A stretch of DNA of 63,832 nucleotides, counting the filler, from Kipferlia bialata (lineage: Eukaryota), in NCBI GenBank assembly GCA_003568945.1. It is 7 parts of 7 records of this genome, joined end to end, with 100 filler letters (N's around TTAATTAATTAA, not from the genome) between each part and the next. Parts side by side here need not be neighbours in the genome. Positions count along the whole stretch, not along the records: positions 33,373 to 44,384 come from BDIP01001312.1; positions 44,485 to 55,494 come from BDIP01001313.1; 5 more parts are not named here. One strand, 5' to 3'. The notes under the pieces were generated by a model. It saw nothing but the letters and a program-made list of their open reading frames with translations, was not told the DNA's origin and ran no database searches. The position numbers were made by a program, and so were the translations under genes. Positions 37,766-50,745 of the stretch are shown piece by piece (within the stretch, counting starts at the first letter, position 1; the number at the start of each line of letters is the position of its first letter).

Positions 37766-40700
37766 ATGGAGTGGTCTGGGTGTGCTTCCGTTGATAGAGA
37801 GAGTCTCTATCTGCTCATTGTGACGAGCACCTAGCTGACCCTTTGTCTACCAAAAACAGCGAGGGCCAGGCAGCCTGGCTCCCCCTCTCTCCAATGGGGC
37901 AGGGACAGTCCCTGATCGATGCTCTGGATGACTCCTTCCAGGACACCCCCCCAGAGGCATTCATAGGGCTCAGGAACTCGGGGAGGCAGGTGGGTGGGGG
38001 GTGTGCAGTGTATCATACATAGTATATAGTATATATGAGACTGTATATAGGGGTAGGAGTTCTTTGGGAGTGGTCCCAACGATATAGTGCTCTATATCTG
38101 TGTATGCATGTGTACGTAGTGGTGGGTGTGTCAGAGGCTGTCTCTCTCCCGCCATATCTGGACCATAACCATGTCACCTAATGCTACACTATTCATCCCC
38201 CACTTCAAAACAGTGGTATCCTTAGCTTAAGAGAGGGAGACTATACTCAATGTAGTGTCTCCATTGGTGTATGACCCACCATGCCCTGTGTTGTGTAAAC
38301 CAGACTACTACTTCTTTCACTTGTTTCTTGCACACCTCTGATGGTCTGTCTGTCTCTCCCTCTTCATCTCCCACCACCTCTCTCGATTCAGCCCTCTCCC
38401 TGACCCCAGCTGTGCTATCAGAATGCCGCCCTGCAGATGCTGTACTGGTCTCCATTCAGACAGGTATATAGACATTTACATATATGTCATATGTATCCCT
38501 ACACTCTATGTGTATACGTCAATAATATGTCTTTGTATATAGAGCATAGAGCGCTGCAGATGCTGTACTGGTCTCCATTCAGACAGGTATTTATAGATAA
38601 TGAATACCCTTACGTGTACATGTCACCCTCCACCTTACATACCTTCCTTACCCCAGGCCCTGTTACTGTCCTGCCAACCCATGCTGCAAGTGCCAGGTAT
38701 ATATCAATATATGTGTTTAGCACACGTAGTGTCATACTAGGCCTAGTACTGTATGTACCCCTCTGACCCCCCAGCCAAGGCCCAGGAGAGACTGGCCCTG
38801 TGGATGGGGGTCAGGCAGAGCAGGTGGGTGTGAGTGTATACTGTATATTATGTCTGGCTATCCTTACTCTTCAATGTATATACGTGCACACCACTCCACT
38901 TGTCTATGCCCATGCCTCCCCTCTGACAACCCAGACTCCAGGCAGGCCTACCTGTCAGACTGGCGGAGGAGAGGTGTGAGCAATTGGATAGACACACACA
39001 CACATATATATATATATACATATGTCTATAGCAGACATGCAGATGAGAGGTGCGAGAATGTGGACACCCCACTCGTATGCCATGCAGTGTAGTCACGTCT
39101 GTCTCTCTCTTCTTCACTATCTACAAATGTTCACAATTATTCACCCCCAGGGCCATGCAGTGTAGACCATCGATCCAGTCAGCGGTGTTCCCAAAGGTAT
39201 GTGGATGCATTATCGTTCCCATGATGTGATCTTACATGTAGGAGCCCGTGACCTCCCGCCGCTCCCTGACCCTTGCCCTATGCGGCATGTTCCAGAGGTA
39301 TAGAATCTTATATACATACATATATATATATATATATATACATTCATACGTACGTGCATACATCCATATATATACATATTCTGTCGTTGTCTGACCATAG
39401 CCCTATGCGGCATGTTGCAGAGGTGGGTGTATGTATGTATATGTATATGTGTATATGCATGTCCTGTCTGCCATACGATACCTCTCCAATCCAATCCCTC
39501 ACCCAGGATGTACAAGTCCAATGCCCTGACTGGAACTGTGGGGGGTGGACTCAGCAAGGCCAACAGGGCATCGGGGGGAATGTTCCCACTGATGAGGTGA
39601 GATCGAATACACGTGTTTACGGACCTTTATACTAACCGTAAGTTACGGTTAGTATTCAGCCACCATAATTACGGATCTAAGTCTTACTCCCAGGCAGTGT
39701 GACTCCCAAGAGTTTGTCGCGTTCCTACTGGCACAGCTCAGGGATGAGGTACATGAGTATATACTTGAATAGTAGTCTATGTCGTAGTCTCCCGGAATTG
39801 TTGCTCCAGATGTAGATACGTAGCATGCACCCACATCACCACACCATGACTCCCAGGTCCTTGTGTCCCGGGGTGACACAGATGGGTACAGTCTGGGGGG
39901 TGAGGCAGTGGCTCTGTTCTTGGGTACGGGTCAAGCTATTCCAATGTTGAATAAGGCAGATACCCCTCTATATATCTAATACTCTCCTACACGTGTATAC
40001 CTTACCCCCCCTCTCACCCATGTACCGTGACGAGGTGTGTGTCTTGTGTGTGCTGTGGGTCCACCCAGCTCAGACCAGACCCTTTCCTGTCACTCTCAGT
40101 CCCAGTGGTGCGTGGTGTATATGTACTATATGTAGATACCGTGTATGATACATACCGATCGCCTCCTGTCCTTTTGAGTCACATTTACGAGGTGCCTGTC
40201 TCTATCACTTTTGTATTCAGTCTCTCTCTATACATTTGTGTTTCCACATACTCTGACTCACAGGTCCCTGGGTCTCTGTCTGACTGTCTGCGTGCCTACA
40301 CCCACCCTGTCTATCTGAGTGGCAGTGACACAAGGGTGTGTGACACGTGCGGCATAAAGCAGGTGGGGTGGGCACATATACTGATATATGAATACACACA
40401 TGCATATATTCATGGATCACGTGGGACGTCTATGAATATATACATAGTATTCCTGACCCCCCAGGATGCCACCATGTGTGCGCATGTCACATCCCTGCCC
40501 CCCTTACTATTGGTGCATCTGATGAGGTTCAAGCACACGGCATATGGGACAGAGAAGGTCAACACCAGGTACTCAACTTGTGGTGTCTGTCTGCGAAGTA
40601 GAGGAGTACTGTTGTGTATGTGGTATGAAGGTCAGGAGTGTCTCTCATATGATATACATTGCGTCCTCTATTACTTTGCGTTACCCTCTCACCCACTCAG

Positions 40701-41148
40701 GGTCCGCCTTGATCGCACCCTCAGTATCAGTGACCTAGAGGGTGTAGTGCCAGCTGGTACAGACATGGGGGGGAGGCACTACACGCTCATAGGTACGAAG
40801 GATACATCTCTGTCTCATTGCATACACACTGAATTTGTATACATCTGACCCACAGGCGTTGTGGCCCATATTGGCGATGGCTCGCACTCCGGCCACTACA
40901 TATCGTATGTGAGGGTGGAGGGCACTGCACTATCCAACGGGACAGAGGCAGGGGTAGAGGGGGAGGGAGTGATGGAGGGTGGGACCCCTGACCCCGACCC
41001 CGACCCTGCCTATGTGTGGATAGAGTGTGACGACTCCAGCATGACTGTCATCCCCCCTGCTGCCATGGACAGTCTAGAAGGAGGGGGGGAGGGCAGGGCA
41101 AGGGGGTTCGAGAGGATATCAGCATACATGTGCCTCTACGCAATGTGA
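37766..41148 (+). CDS. Ubiquitin-specific protease (peptidase C19)
   Basis: Cys box GLRNSGRQ|LCYQNAALQ, QCDSQEF, CVCCG...DPFLSLSVP, LPPLLLVHLMRF, His box VVAHIGDGSHSGHYISYV and WIECDD. Confidence 0.92.
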
Positions 41149-41390
41149 CATAAATACCTGTGCAATCAATTAATATGTGTAATACTCTGCGTGCCTTCGT
41201 CGTTATACTGTTTATGTCTGTGACTAGTAGCTGTACATGCCTTTTGACATGCTGTAGACACTCTTGTGACAACTGTAAATGAACACGATATTGACCGGAT
41301 ATTTGTCAGATTGTCCTGTTTGTCGTTTCGCTTCGTCATTGTCTCAGCATTGACAAACCAAAGCAAACTGTTCTTCTCGAGACCAAGCAA

Positions 41391-43444
41391 ATGAAGTTCC
41401 TTGTGGTTGCCCTTCTGATTGCCCTTGTGGCCTGTGGTGAGGTCAAGGTGCTCACCAGCGCCACCTTCATGGACGAGAGGGCCGTGCAGCCCATGATGGT
41501 CAAGGTACAGCCGGGTCGTCCTTCTTTGTCAATGACGACATCCCATACCACCCTGTTATACCCCCTCCCCCCACTCACCCCAGTTCTACGCCCCCTGGTG
41601 CGGACACTGTAAGACCCTGGCCCCTCTCTACGAGGAGCTTGTGGACGTGATGGCTGGTGCGTGCATGTATGTATACAGCTATATGTCAGTGTGGGAGTGG
41701 TATGTGTATGTCTCTCTGACCCCCAGACAAGGACGTCCTCATCGCTGAGGTCGACTGCACTGAGGACAACGAGCTCTGCGGAGCCTTTGGCGTCCAGGTA
41801 TGTGTGGTGTTGGGCAGGAGTGTGTGTATGTATTTATTGATGTTCAGTGTGAACTCTACCCTCATATTCCAGGGCTTCCCCACCCTCATGTACTTCGAGG
41901 GCACCGCCAACATCAAGTACGAGTCCCAGCGTTCCGTTGAGGCCATGTCCGCATGGTACGACATTATTACAATCTTATATTCTCTCTCTCTTTCTCTCTC
42001 TCTCTATATATATATATATCTATCTTCCGTTGAGGCCATGTCCGCATGGTACGACACTACCTCTCCCCCTCTCTGTGTATACCCTCACCTACCCTCTAGA
42101 CTCTGAGTCGATGTCAAGATGGGCCCTGCCACCAGTCTCTCTCTCTCTCTCTGTATATACTCCTAGTATATANNNGGGCCCTGCCACCAGTCTCTCTCTC
42201 TCTCTCTGTATATACTCCTAGTATATATATATGTACCCCCTCACCCCCAGGCTCGATGTCATGATGGGCCCTGCCACCGCCGAGTCCCTCCTGTCCGATG
42301 TCCAGTCCCTGCCCAACCCCATCAACTTTGTGCTGGTCAACCCCGACGAGCACTCCAGGACCACCTTCGAGAAGGCAGCCACCAACTTCAAGGGTATGTC
42401 TGTTGGTATATATACACACACACTAGCGTGGTACTCCCCCCCCCCCATCCCCCCTTGACCCCCAGGCCAGTTCCCCATGCACGTGGTCGAGGACTCCCGT
42501 GCCGCTGCCCACTTCGGTGTTGAGGTGGGGAGTGTCTCTGTATACATGCCATTGAGCATGGTTGAATATGGGTATACATCCCCCCTCTCTACAAATACCA
42601 TTCTCGTATCACATATTCCATATATCTCACCCCCAGGCCACCACCCCCACCCTGATTGCCATCCACGAGGGAGAGCAGGACACCGTCGAGTGCGAGAACT
42701 CCCAGGAGGTACAGCCACACACACACACGCCCTCTCTATACTCTCATGTATAGATATAGTAAAAACCCTGACCCCCAGGTTGCCACCTTCATGAGGGCCA
42801 ACTCCCGCATCGTGCTGCCCCAGCTGACCCCCCAGAACTTCAGGTATCACTGGTGTATGTATATAGTGTGTACACTCATGTATGTGCCCCTCTGACCCCT
42901 AGGGAGCTGGCCACCGAGCCCGGCAAGACCCTGGCCATCTTCTTCGTCGACACCCTTGAGTCTGAGGAGGACATCCTGAGGTACATCTACACACGTATAA
43001 TATTGTTCCATACAGATCCAGTATATGTGTATATACTGTCTGACCCGCAGGTGCAGGACCCTTGCCAAGGAGGACGAGACCGAGAAGTTCAACTTCTGCT
43101 TCATGCCCGCTGACAAGTGGGGACACTTCGGTACGGGTGCCTCGACACTTTAGTGTCTTTGTATGCATACTATGGAGTCCCCCCACCCCCCCCACCCCTC
43201 CTCACCCCCAGCTGCCCAGTACGGTGCTGAGGAGTACCCCTCCATGGTTGTGCTTGACGTCATGAAGGTATCAGTATCTCTCTCACTCTCAATATATGCA
43301 TTCACACTACTTCTATACATACTGTGCGTACCCTCACCCCAGGAGCAGTTCTGGACCTGCCTTCTGGAGGATGTCCCAGCCACCGTGGCCGGCATCGCCT
43401 CTGGGGAGATCGAGGGAACAGACATCCCCAAGCGCGAGGAGTAA
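41391..43444 (+). CDS. Protein disulfide isomerase family (a-b-b' architecture, single CGHC), about 13 exons
   Basis: Signal peptide [32 protein letters not shown] and GFPTL. The protein ends KREE*. Confidence 0.92.
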
Positions 43445-43655
43445 GACAACTCCAGCTGTGTCTCCATACAATAGAGAATAGTAGTTTGTGTTATTGTTTG
43501 TGGCCCCGTGGTCCTATTGACTCTATGGTATAGTGAGAGTACCTGTTGACTAGTGACAGTCGCAGTATGAGACAAAAGGGTGCAGATAATTTATTGCAAA
43601 AATGTCAATTTGAGGTCTGCCAAACTGCTGGACCATCCTTTCAGCGATTGTGAGA

Positions 43656-44283
43656 ATGGAGCAGCCTAGAACCCTCGCTAGGGGAGTGTCCGCCACTCTT
43701 ACCGCCCTTGTGCCCGCTGGTAACCTGCTGAATGCCATTCTGCACGGAATCTGCCTAATGGCATCCGTCATGGCCCTTGGTGCGTTATCTTCCTTGTTTC
43801 CTCAGAATATGTTGTATTTACACTGTTTTTTCCCTTAATAGTGTGGGTGTAACCTCCATTTCTGGTGATAGGGTGTAATTATGCCTTCTGGATACTGTGT
43901 ATGTCATGTACTTATAAAGCAAGACCGGTTACCGTTCGCTAACCATCAGTCCTTCCCGTGGCCCCTGAGAACGTCAGGGAGACCTCCCACACCTTCGTCA
44001 TCGCCATGGTGTGCACTGTGTTCGGTGCTGTGTCCATCCCCAACATGAGGTGTGGTTGGATGTGGGCCAATGATATGATCATCCACTCGTCAACCATCTG
44101 TATCTGCCAACCACCCCCCCACCCACCCCAGGATCAACCCCAAGACCCCCGTGGCCGCTGCCATTGCCGCAGCCGGTGCTGTGACCATGACCCTGGCCAC
44201 CTCCGACATCGACACCTCCTTCGAGGCATTCATCCTGGGCAGGGCCCTCTCTGCCTTCGGATGCGGAGCAGTGCTCGTCAAGG
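43656..44283 (+). CDS. MFS-type transporter, N-terminal part (3' incomplete)
   Basis: Hydrophobic exons with FILGRALSAFGCG, resembling the MFS GRxxxGxGxG motif. Confidence 0.6.
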
Positions 44284-44339
44284 GTGGGTGCATGGATATA
44301 TGAATAATAATGTGGGTGTATATGTTTTGTCCCTCTCTA

Positions 44340-44384
<45 letters not shown>

Positions 44385-44751
44385 NNNNNNNNNNNNNNNN
44401 NNNNNNNNNNNNNNNNNNNNNNNNNNNNTTAATTAATTAANNNNNNNNNNNNNNNNNNNNNNNNNNNNNNNNNNNNNNNNNNNNTGGTGAAGGGAGGTGT
44501 TACTGATGGATGACATCCCCCCCCCCCCCCTCCTCCTCCTGCCCCCTCCTCTCTCTCTCATCCTTATCCCTCTCTCTCACTCTCTTCTGGTCCACTTACA
44601 GACTGGATTGTTGCTCATTCTATACACCCTTATCCAAGAGCCAGGTATCAGTTGCCTCGCAGGCTTTCTCTCTCTCTCTCCCTCTCCCTCTGTCTCTCCC
44701 TACAGACACACCCACATTCTCTCTCAGTTCACTCCACCTTTCTCACTCTAG

Positions 44752-47700
44752 GCCAAGAGACCTGCCGGTATGGACACTGCATCCATAGAGCAGTATGTAG
44801 CTAGGTATGCAGTTCTAGTATATATATGTGTATCACTTGCTCTCTTTCTGTACATGGTGTGGTAGGTATCTAATGGATATAGTATATAGCACCCCCTCCC
44901 CTCCCTCCCCTCCCCGACATAGCTTATACCAAGTATCTGTACTGAGAAGGCTGCCCTACAGGCTGCCAAGGCCTCTCTGACACGGATACTGGGCACCATC
45001 AGTGGACACATGGAGGATATACTAGCAACGGAAGGCAAGTGTATATGTTCATATATTCATATACGTCATACATGTATATACTATACCCGACGCGTGTACT
45101 AGGCACCATCAATGGACACATGGAGGATATACTGGCTATGGAAGGTAAGTATATATATATATATATATATTTATATATAAATATATACTATATGGAGACT
45201 CTTACACGGATACTGGGCACCATCAATGGACACATGGAGGATATACTAGCAACGGAAGGTTGGTGTATATGGACACACATATCTTCTTGGACTCATTGTC
45301 TATTGTATAAATGTATATGACAGAGAGAGAGAGAGAGAGAGAGAGTCTCACCCCAGGCTATGGTGTGCAGCTCATTACTGCCAATGAGGAAGATGAGTCC
45401 ACATTCGAGGTATGTATGCATATATATATATATATATGTATATATACGACAGATAGAATATTCCGAATACTCAGTATTCGGTATTCGGTATAGAGTACAT
45501 TGAGGAAGATGAGTCCACATTCGAGGTTGGTCTATATAGATATAGATATAGATATATTAACATGAATATGCAGATATACATATGGAGTATTGGTATAGAC
45601 TGTTGAGTGCCAATGAGGAAGATGAGTCCACATTCGAGGTTCCTATGCACATGCATATATATCTATAGTAACAGATTTAGTATATGTTATTCCAGTAGTT
45701 GGGGATATAGCCCAATGAGGTAGATGAGTCCACATTCGAGGTTCATATATATTTATACACCTATGGTAGTGTTCCTTATTTCAATATAACATCAATTCTA
45801 GGTATTACTTCAATGAGTTACCATTATTCATTTCAATTCTTATTAACCTCTAGGTCCAGAAAGTGGCCACATGGGGCACCTTCATCGTGGGTATGGATCA
45901 ATCTGCAAATCAATCTACGAATCAATCTAGAAATCAATCCGCAAATCAATCCGCAAATCAATCTACAGATTAATCTCTATACCTAGTCTCTTACAGATAT
46001 TGGGCCGCGTTCGTGGGTATGATGTATCATGTATGTAGGTATTGTATTAAATATATATGTACATTGAGATTGATGGAGAGTCACCATTGATGGCTGATTC
46101 AGTTCCTCATCAGTCGCCACTCACTTCCAGGTCCCAATAAGTCAAAGTTTGACATATCTGTGTCACACGCTAACGATGACGGCCTAGGGTATCTAAACGT
46201 TGAGATTGAGGGCGCTGGTACGTCCCTCTATCCGCATCTCTGCTGCATAGTACGCTCTCTCTTCAAAATATGTGGCTTCATATGCTCAATCTATATTCAT
46301 ACTATATGCCCTCATGGGGGTAGATACTACATCCCACTTCCTAACAGTTGCACGCATGTGTGCTAAGCATACTCTTATCATTACTCATGGAGGTCAACGA
46401 TGCTGCATCTCTGGTCATGTCCCTGTATATCCTAGTATATCCTTATTAATTAATTATTATTAATCCAAATCCTAGTATAAATCCTAAGCTTTGTAGATCC
46501 CAATTAATTCATTATTATTAATCCAAATATATCCTTATCCTTGTGTCATGTGTATACAATCATAGTGGTCTAATACTATATACACTCTCTAACTATAAGA
46601 TATCTTCATGGAGCTTGAGGAGGACAATGACTTCACACCCCTCGGGTACAGCAACAGTGACATTGTACAGTTCCTGATAAAGGCAGGTGTGTACTTGACT
46701 GGGTAAACCGGTATATATAGTGCTAGTATTGATATATACAATTTTCTTGCATACATATATATATTCCTGGCGTATATACTATGCGTACAGGAGTAGTGAC
46801 ATAGTACAGTTCCTGAGGAAGGCAGGTATATCTATATATACATGTAGATGTATATATATATATCTATATTTGTATATCTGTATGTATGGATACTATACAC
46901 ATACGCACTTATATGACATCGTTCAGTTCCTGGGGACGGCATGTAAGATAGGTAGTTGATATATATGTGAAGAACGCAGGCGTGTACCTCTGGGAATACA
47001 AGTGTTCATGGGTAGGGGAATACCTATATATCATACTAACCCCATGTCTCTCCCACCTCCCCCCCAACCCTACAACGAATATATATTTATATATTTATTA
47101 CATACATATACATTTGTGTGACACCAGGACTGTCCCACCTGACCCCCAACCCTGACAAGTGTGTGAATATATANNNNNNNNNNNNNNNNNNNNNNNNNNN
47201 NNNNNNNNNNNNNNNNNNNNNNNNNNNNNNNNNNNNNTATGTATATGTACATACATATACACATGTATGACACCAGGACTGTCCCACCTGACATATGTAT
47301 ACATAATTATATATATTTATATGTTGAAGGCAGGTGTGTGCATGAGAGGGATATATTTGGGGGTAAGATATATCATACTAACCCCAGGACTGTCCCACCT
47401 CCCCCCCAACACTGCCAAGTGTAAAGACAAGGATGTGCTGGCACTGGTGGAGCAGAAGGTATTTGGGGGGATACACTATGTATATTCATATATGTATACG
47501 TATTTGTGTGTGTATTATTACACTAGTATGTATATTGGTAATATTCCAAGGGTAGAGACAAGGATGTGCTGGCTCTGGTGGAGCAGAAGGTATATTGAGT
47601 ATCAATTATGTCTCAATATATTTGTGTACTAGTATTTATATCGGCAAATATTCAGAGTGCAAAGATAAGAATGTGTCGACTGGTGGAGCATAGTCTATAA

Positions 47701-48398
47701 AGAGCAAATATTGTGTCTATACATTATATACTCTTATAGTGTACAAGTATGTATATCGGTATACATTCAATGTGTAGTGGCAAATGTGGTACGACACTGG
47801 CGGCGCAAAATGTATATAGAATATTGTTATGTAGTAAACCTGTGTATATATGTATATATGAATATATATTGTTTATATACGTATGTATGTCTGACTCCTA
47901 GGCAGAGCTGGCCAAGAAGGGCGAGACCGAGGATATATAAATATATATAGTATATATAATAGCAGAGTGATAATACACGATTATACTTAATAGTAAACGG
48001 AGAATGGTATTCGTGTCTCACTCCTAGGTAGAGCTGGCCAAGAAGGGCGAGACTGAGGATATGTCCTCATTCTCCCCAGAGAGGCTGGAGATAGAGTACC
48101 GGTACCACAGATATGTCATGGCAGATGTGTTGGCAGAAGTCTTGGATAAGTTGGACACATGGTATGGATCTATTTATGTATGGAGAGTATATGTAAATTA
48201 TTCCTATACTACTACGAATTTATAATGAGTAAGAATATGGTATTTATAACTATACCGATATCGGTCCACTATATATGTTTTTCATCACATCAATCACGTG
48301 TATATCCTTACCCTAGGTCTGCACGGAATGGTGTCCACTCAGACGTGTCCACCTGGTTCAACTCAGGCAGCATACACAAGTACCTAGAACTGCAGTAG
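44752..48398 (+). CDS. Hypothetical multi-exon protein (5' incomplete), ends ...WFNSGSIHKYLELQ*
   Basis: Chain of short phase-consistent exons. One donor is GC (45035). Two internal blocks near 46130-46390 may or may not belong to this gene. Confidence 0.6.
45896..45980. repeat. 12-bp minisatellite (AATCAATCYRCA-like, about 7 units) inside an intron
   Basis: atcaatctgca aatcaatctacg aatcaatctaga aatcaatccgca aatcaatccgca aatcaatctaca. Confidence 0.85.
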
Positions 48399-48933
48399 GG
48401 ACTTGTACTACTAGACTAGTCTAGATTGGGGTCCCAAGACACTTCAAGTCAGACGTGACCCTCTGGTTCAACTTAAGGCCTCAACACAAGTTCCTGGAGC
48501 TGGAATAGACTAGATACAAGTGGTAGAGAGACAGAGAGAGAGAGAGAGATTACAAGCACCTGGAGCTGGATGGACAGATCCTAGACAAACCCCTGTACCA
48601 ATAGTTGGCGAGTATATACAGTGTATACCAGACTATAATTTCAAAATACTGGAATCGACTAGTACGAATGTATTCAGTAGCAGTGACGTTGTAACAGTCA
48701 AGATAGTCGGGAAGAGAGAATACTTGTTGCGCCCGATTCCGTACTCTTCTTTGGTTGACCTCAAGAACTAGTTAGGCTGCTAGTCCGAAGACATACATCT
48801 GAGATGTATCATCTCTATTACCGTACTTATAGCAATTATAGCAAATAATACCATAATAATAGTAATTGGGGAATACAACAGCTATCTGAATGACAATATC
48901 TGCTATATTGGTGCGTACTATACGAAGTACAGC

Positions 48934-50222
48934 TTATCTGCACACTTGTAAATAGTAGCAGTCGTAGCCATCGTCACAGTATCTCCGAGACTCTCGCTCC
49001 TCCCACGCAGTCTGCTGCTCTCTCTGCACTGTGTCTGTGTCAGTGGGAAGAGCCCACTCACAGGAGTCATCTGGGTATGCCAGAGATGGTGATAGAGTCA
49101 CCCTACATAGACGAGCAGTTCTGTCGGCATCCTCGTTCTCGGGGTCAAAGGGAGGCTCACCGTAGCACACACACTCAATGGGGCCGACCTGCGTAGCAAG
49201 TGCCACATCGTCACTATACCCGTTGTAGTTATCAAGAGAATCCAGAGAGAGTGAGCCGAGGTACCTCTCTTCCCAAGAGACCGTATCCAGTGACCACACA
49301 ATTCTGTCAGACCTCAACACTATGCACCTCCCTGCCACCTGTTAGTCAGGGATATAGGCACGAAGGCATTGAGAGAGAGACCCTATACATGTGAAAAGGC
49401 ACCATGAAAGAACCCAACTGCGATACTGAAGCTAGAGAATCTTGTGTATTGAGAACGAGAGCGGAGAGCTACATACCAGCAAGACCTCTGCCTCATTGTG
49501 CATCCGGTCCATCCAGGTAGTGTGACACTGACAGCCCCGCTTACCACTGAACGACCTCACCTCTCTGCCCCAACCGTACATATACGCAGTGTCTCCAGCC
49601 ACAGCTACCCAATCAGGATAGTAGTCGTTATTCCCCGAAGGGCTTCTGTCAGAAGCCTTCTGACGTAGTGTCGCTGGAAGCTATGGGGAACAGCAGGGTC
49701 AAACGTCAATATGATCCCATCCATCAAGACTAGTTGGTTGTCCAGGCAACACATCTTGGGATGAGTGGCGCAAGAGTAAGAGTACTCTAACTGATCTCTC
49801 TCTTCCGGCGAGAGAGGGGTATCGACCACGTTACATCCCGGAAATGGTCTGAAGGAGCTGTAGCAGTACTCATGCGACTGCCAATGGAGTGTAGCGAGGT
49901 CCAGGGTGTGAATGGTGCCAATGCATCCGTCCTCATTCCTGACCACACAACACACATAGCCACCCACCCTCACATACACGGCTCCGTATCCGTCCCTGCC
50001 AACCCTATAGGGGCTACACTCTCTCCCGTCTACCTTACAGAAGTCAGAGTCGGCGCGAGCACGTACCAGTGTGTCGTAGCATATGCACTCGTCATTGCAT
50101 GCGAACCCAAGGAGTGTGTTGCAGTCTACAGCCGTCAGGAATTCATATACTTCAGGTACTACCCTATGGGTATGTACTTCCAGCGATCCACTCTCCCATG
50201 TGATCCCCTCGTTCTCGGCCAT
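48934..50222 (-). pseudogene. Kelch-like propeller gene frameshifted by a 14-bp footprint at 49642-49663
   Basis: Removing 14 nt joins the 205-aa ORF to an open frame (VAVAGDTAYMYG), which splices at 49476..49339 into the 134-aa ORF. Confidence 0.75.
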
Positions 50223-50745
50223 ATACAGATAATCCAGTTATTGTTGGGGTAAAACAATATGTACTTTTATAAGAGAGGGAGTCTCACACAGTAGGATTAG
50301 GTTGATGGCTCTCTGCAGATGGTCTCATCTTGGCAAGATGATCTTGCGGCTTCCAATGACTTTTACAGTTTAAGGTACAAAGTTTACACATGATGGGTGG
50401 GTCAATGAGCCACAATATGAGACGTGTTGAAATATAGCTCCCATGTACTTTCAGTCAACATGAAAATTGGAGGTCAGTGGCACGCCATGGTGAGTTAGGT
50501 GTAGCCGTAATAGTCATACAACAATGGCCACGTGACACTGTAATACATGCGATTTATGACTAACCAAAGACTTCCTTTTCAGTCTGACTAGTAGGCACTG
50601 TGTATGAGAGAGACTCCTTGGGGACTCAGAGGTCAGGGTATGTGCACCATCACATGGGCTCCTCGATGCTGACACACACTCTCTCTCATCAATATATACT
50701 CTACTATACTACATTCCCATTGGGACATAGCCTACAGTGTAGGCC

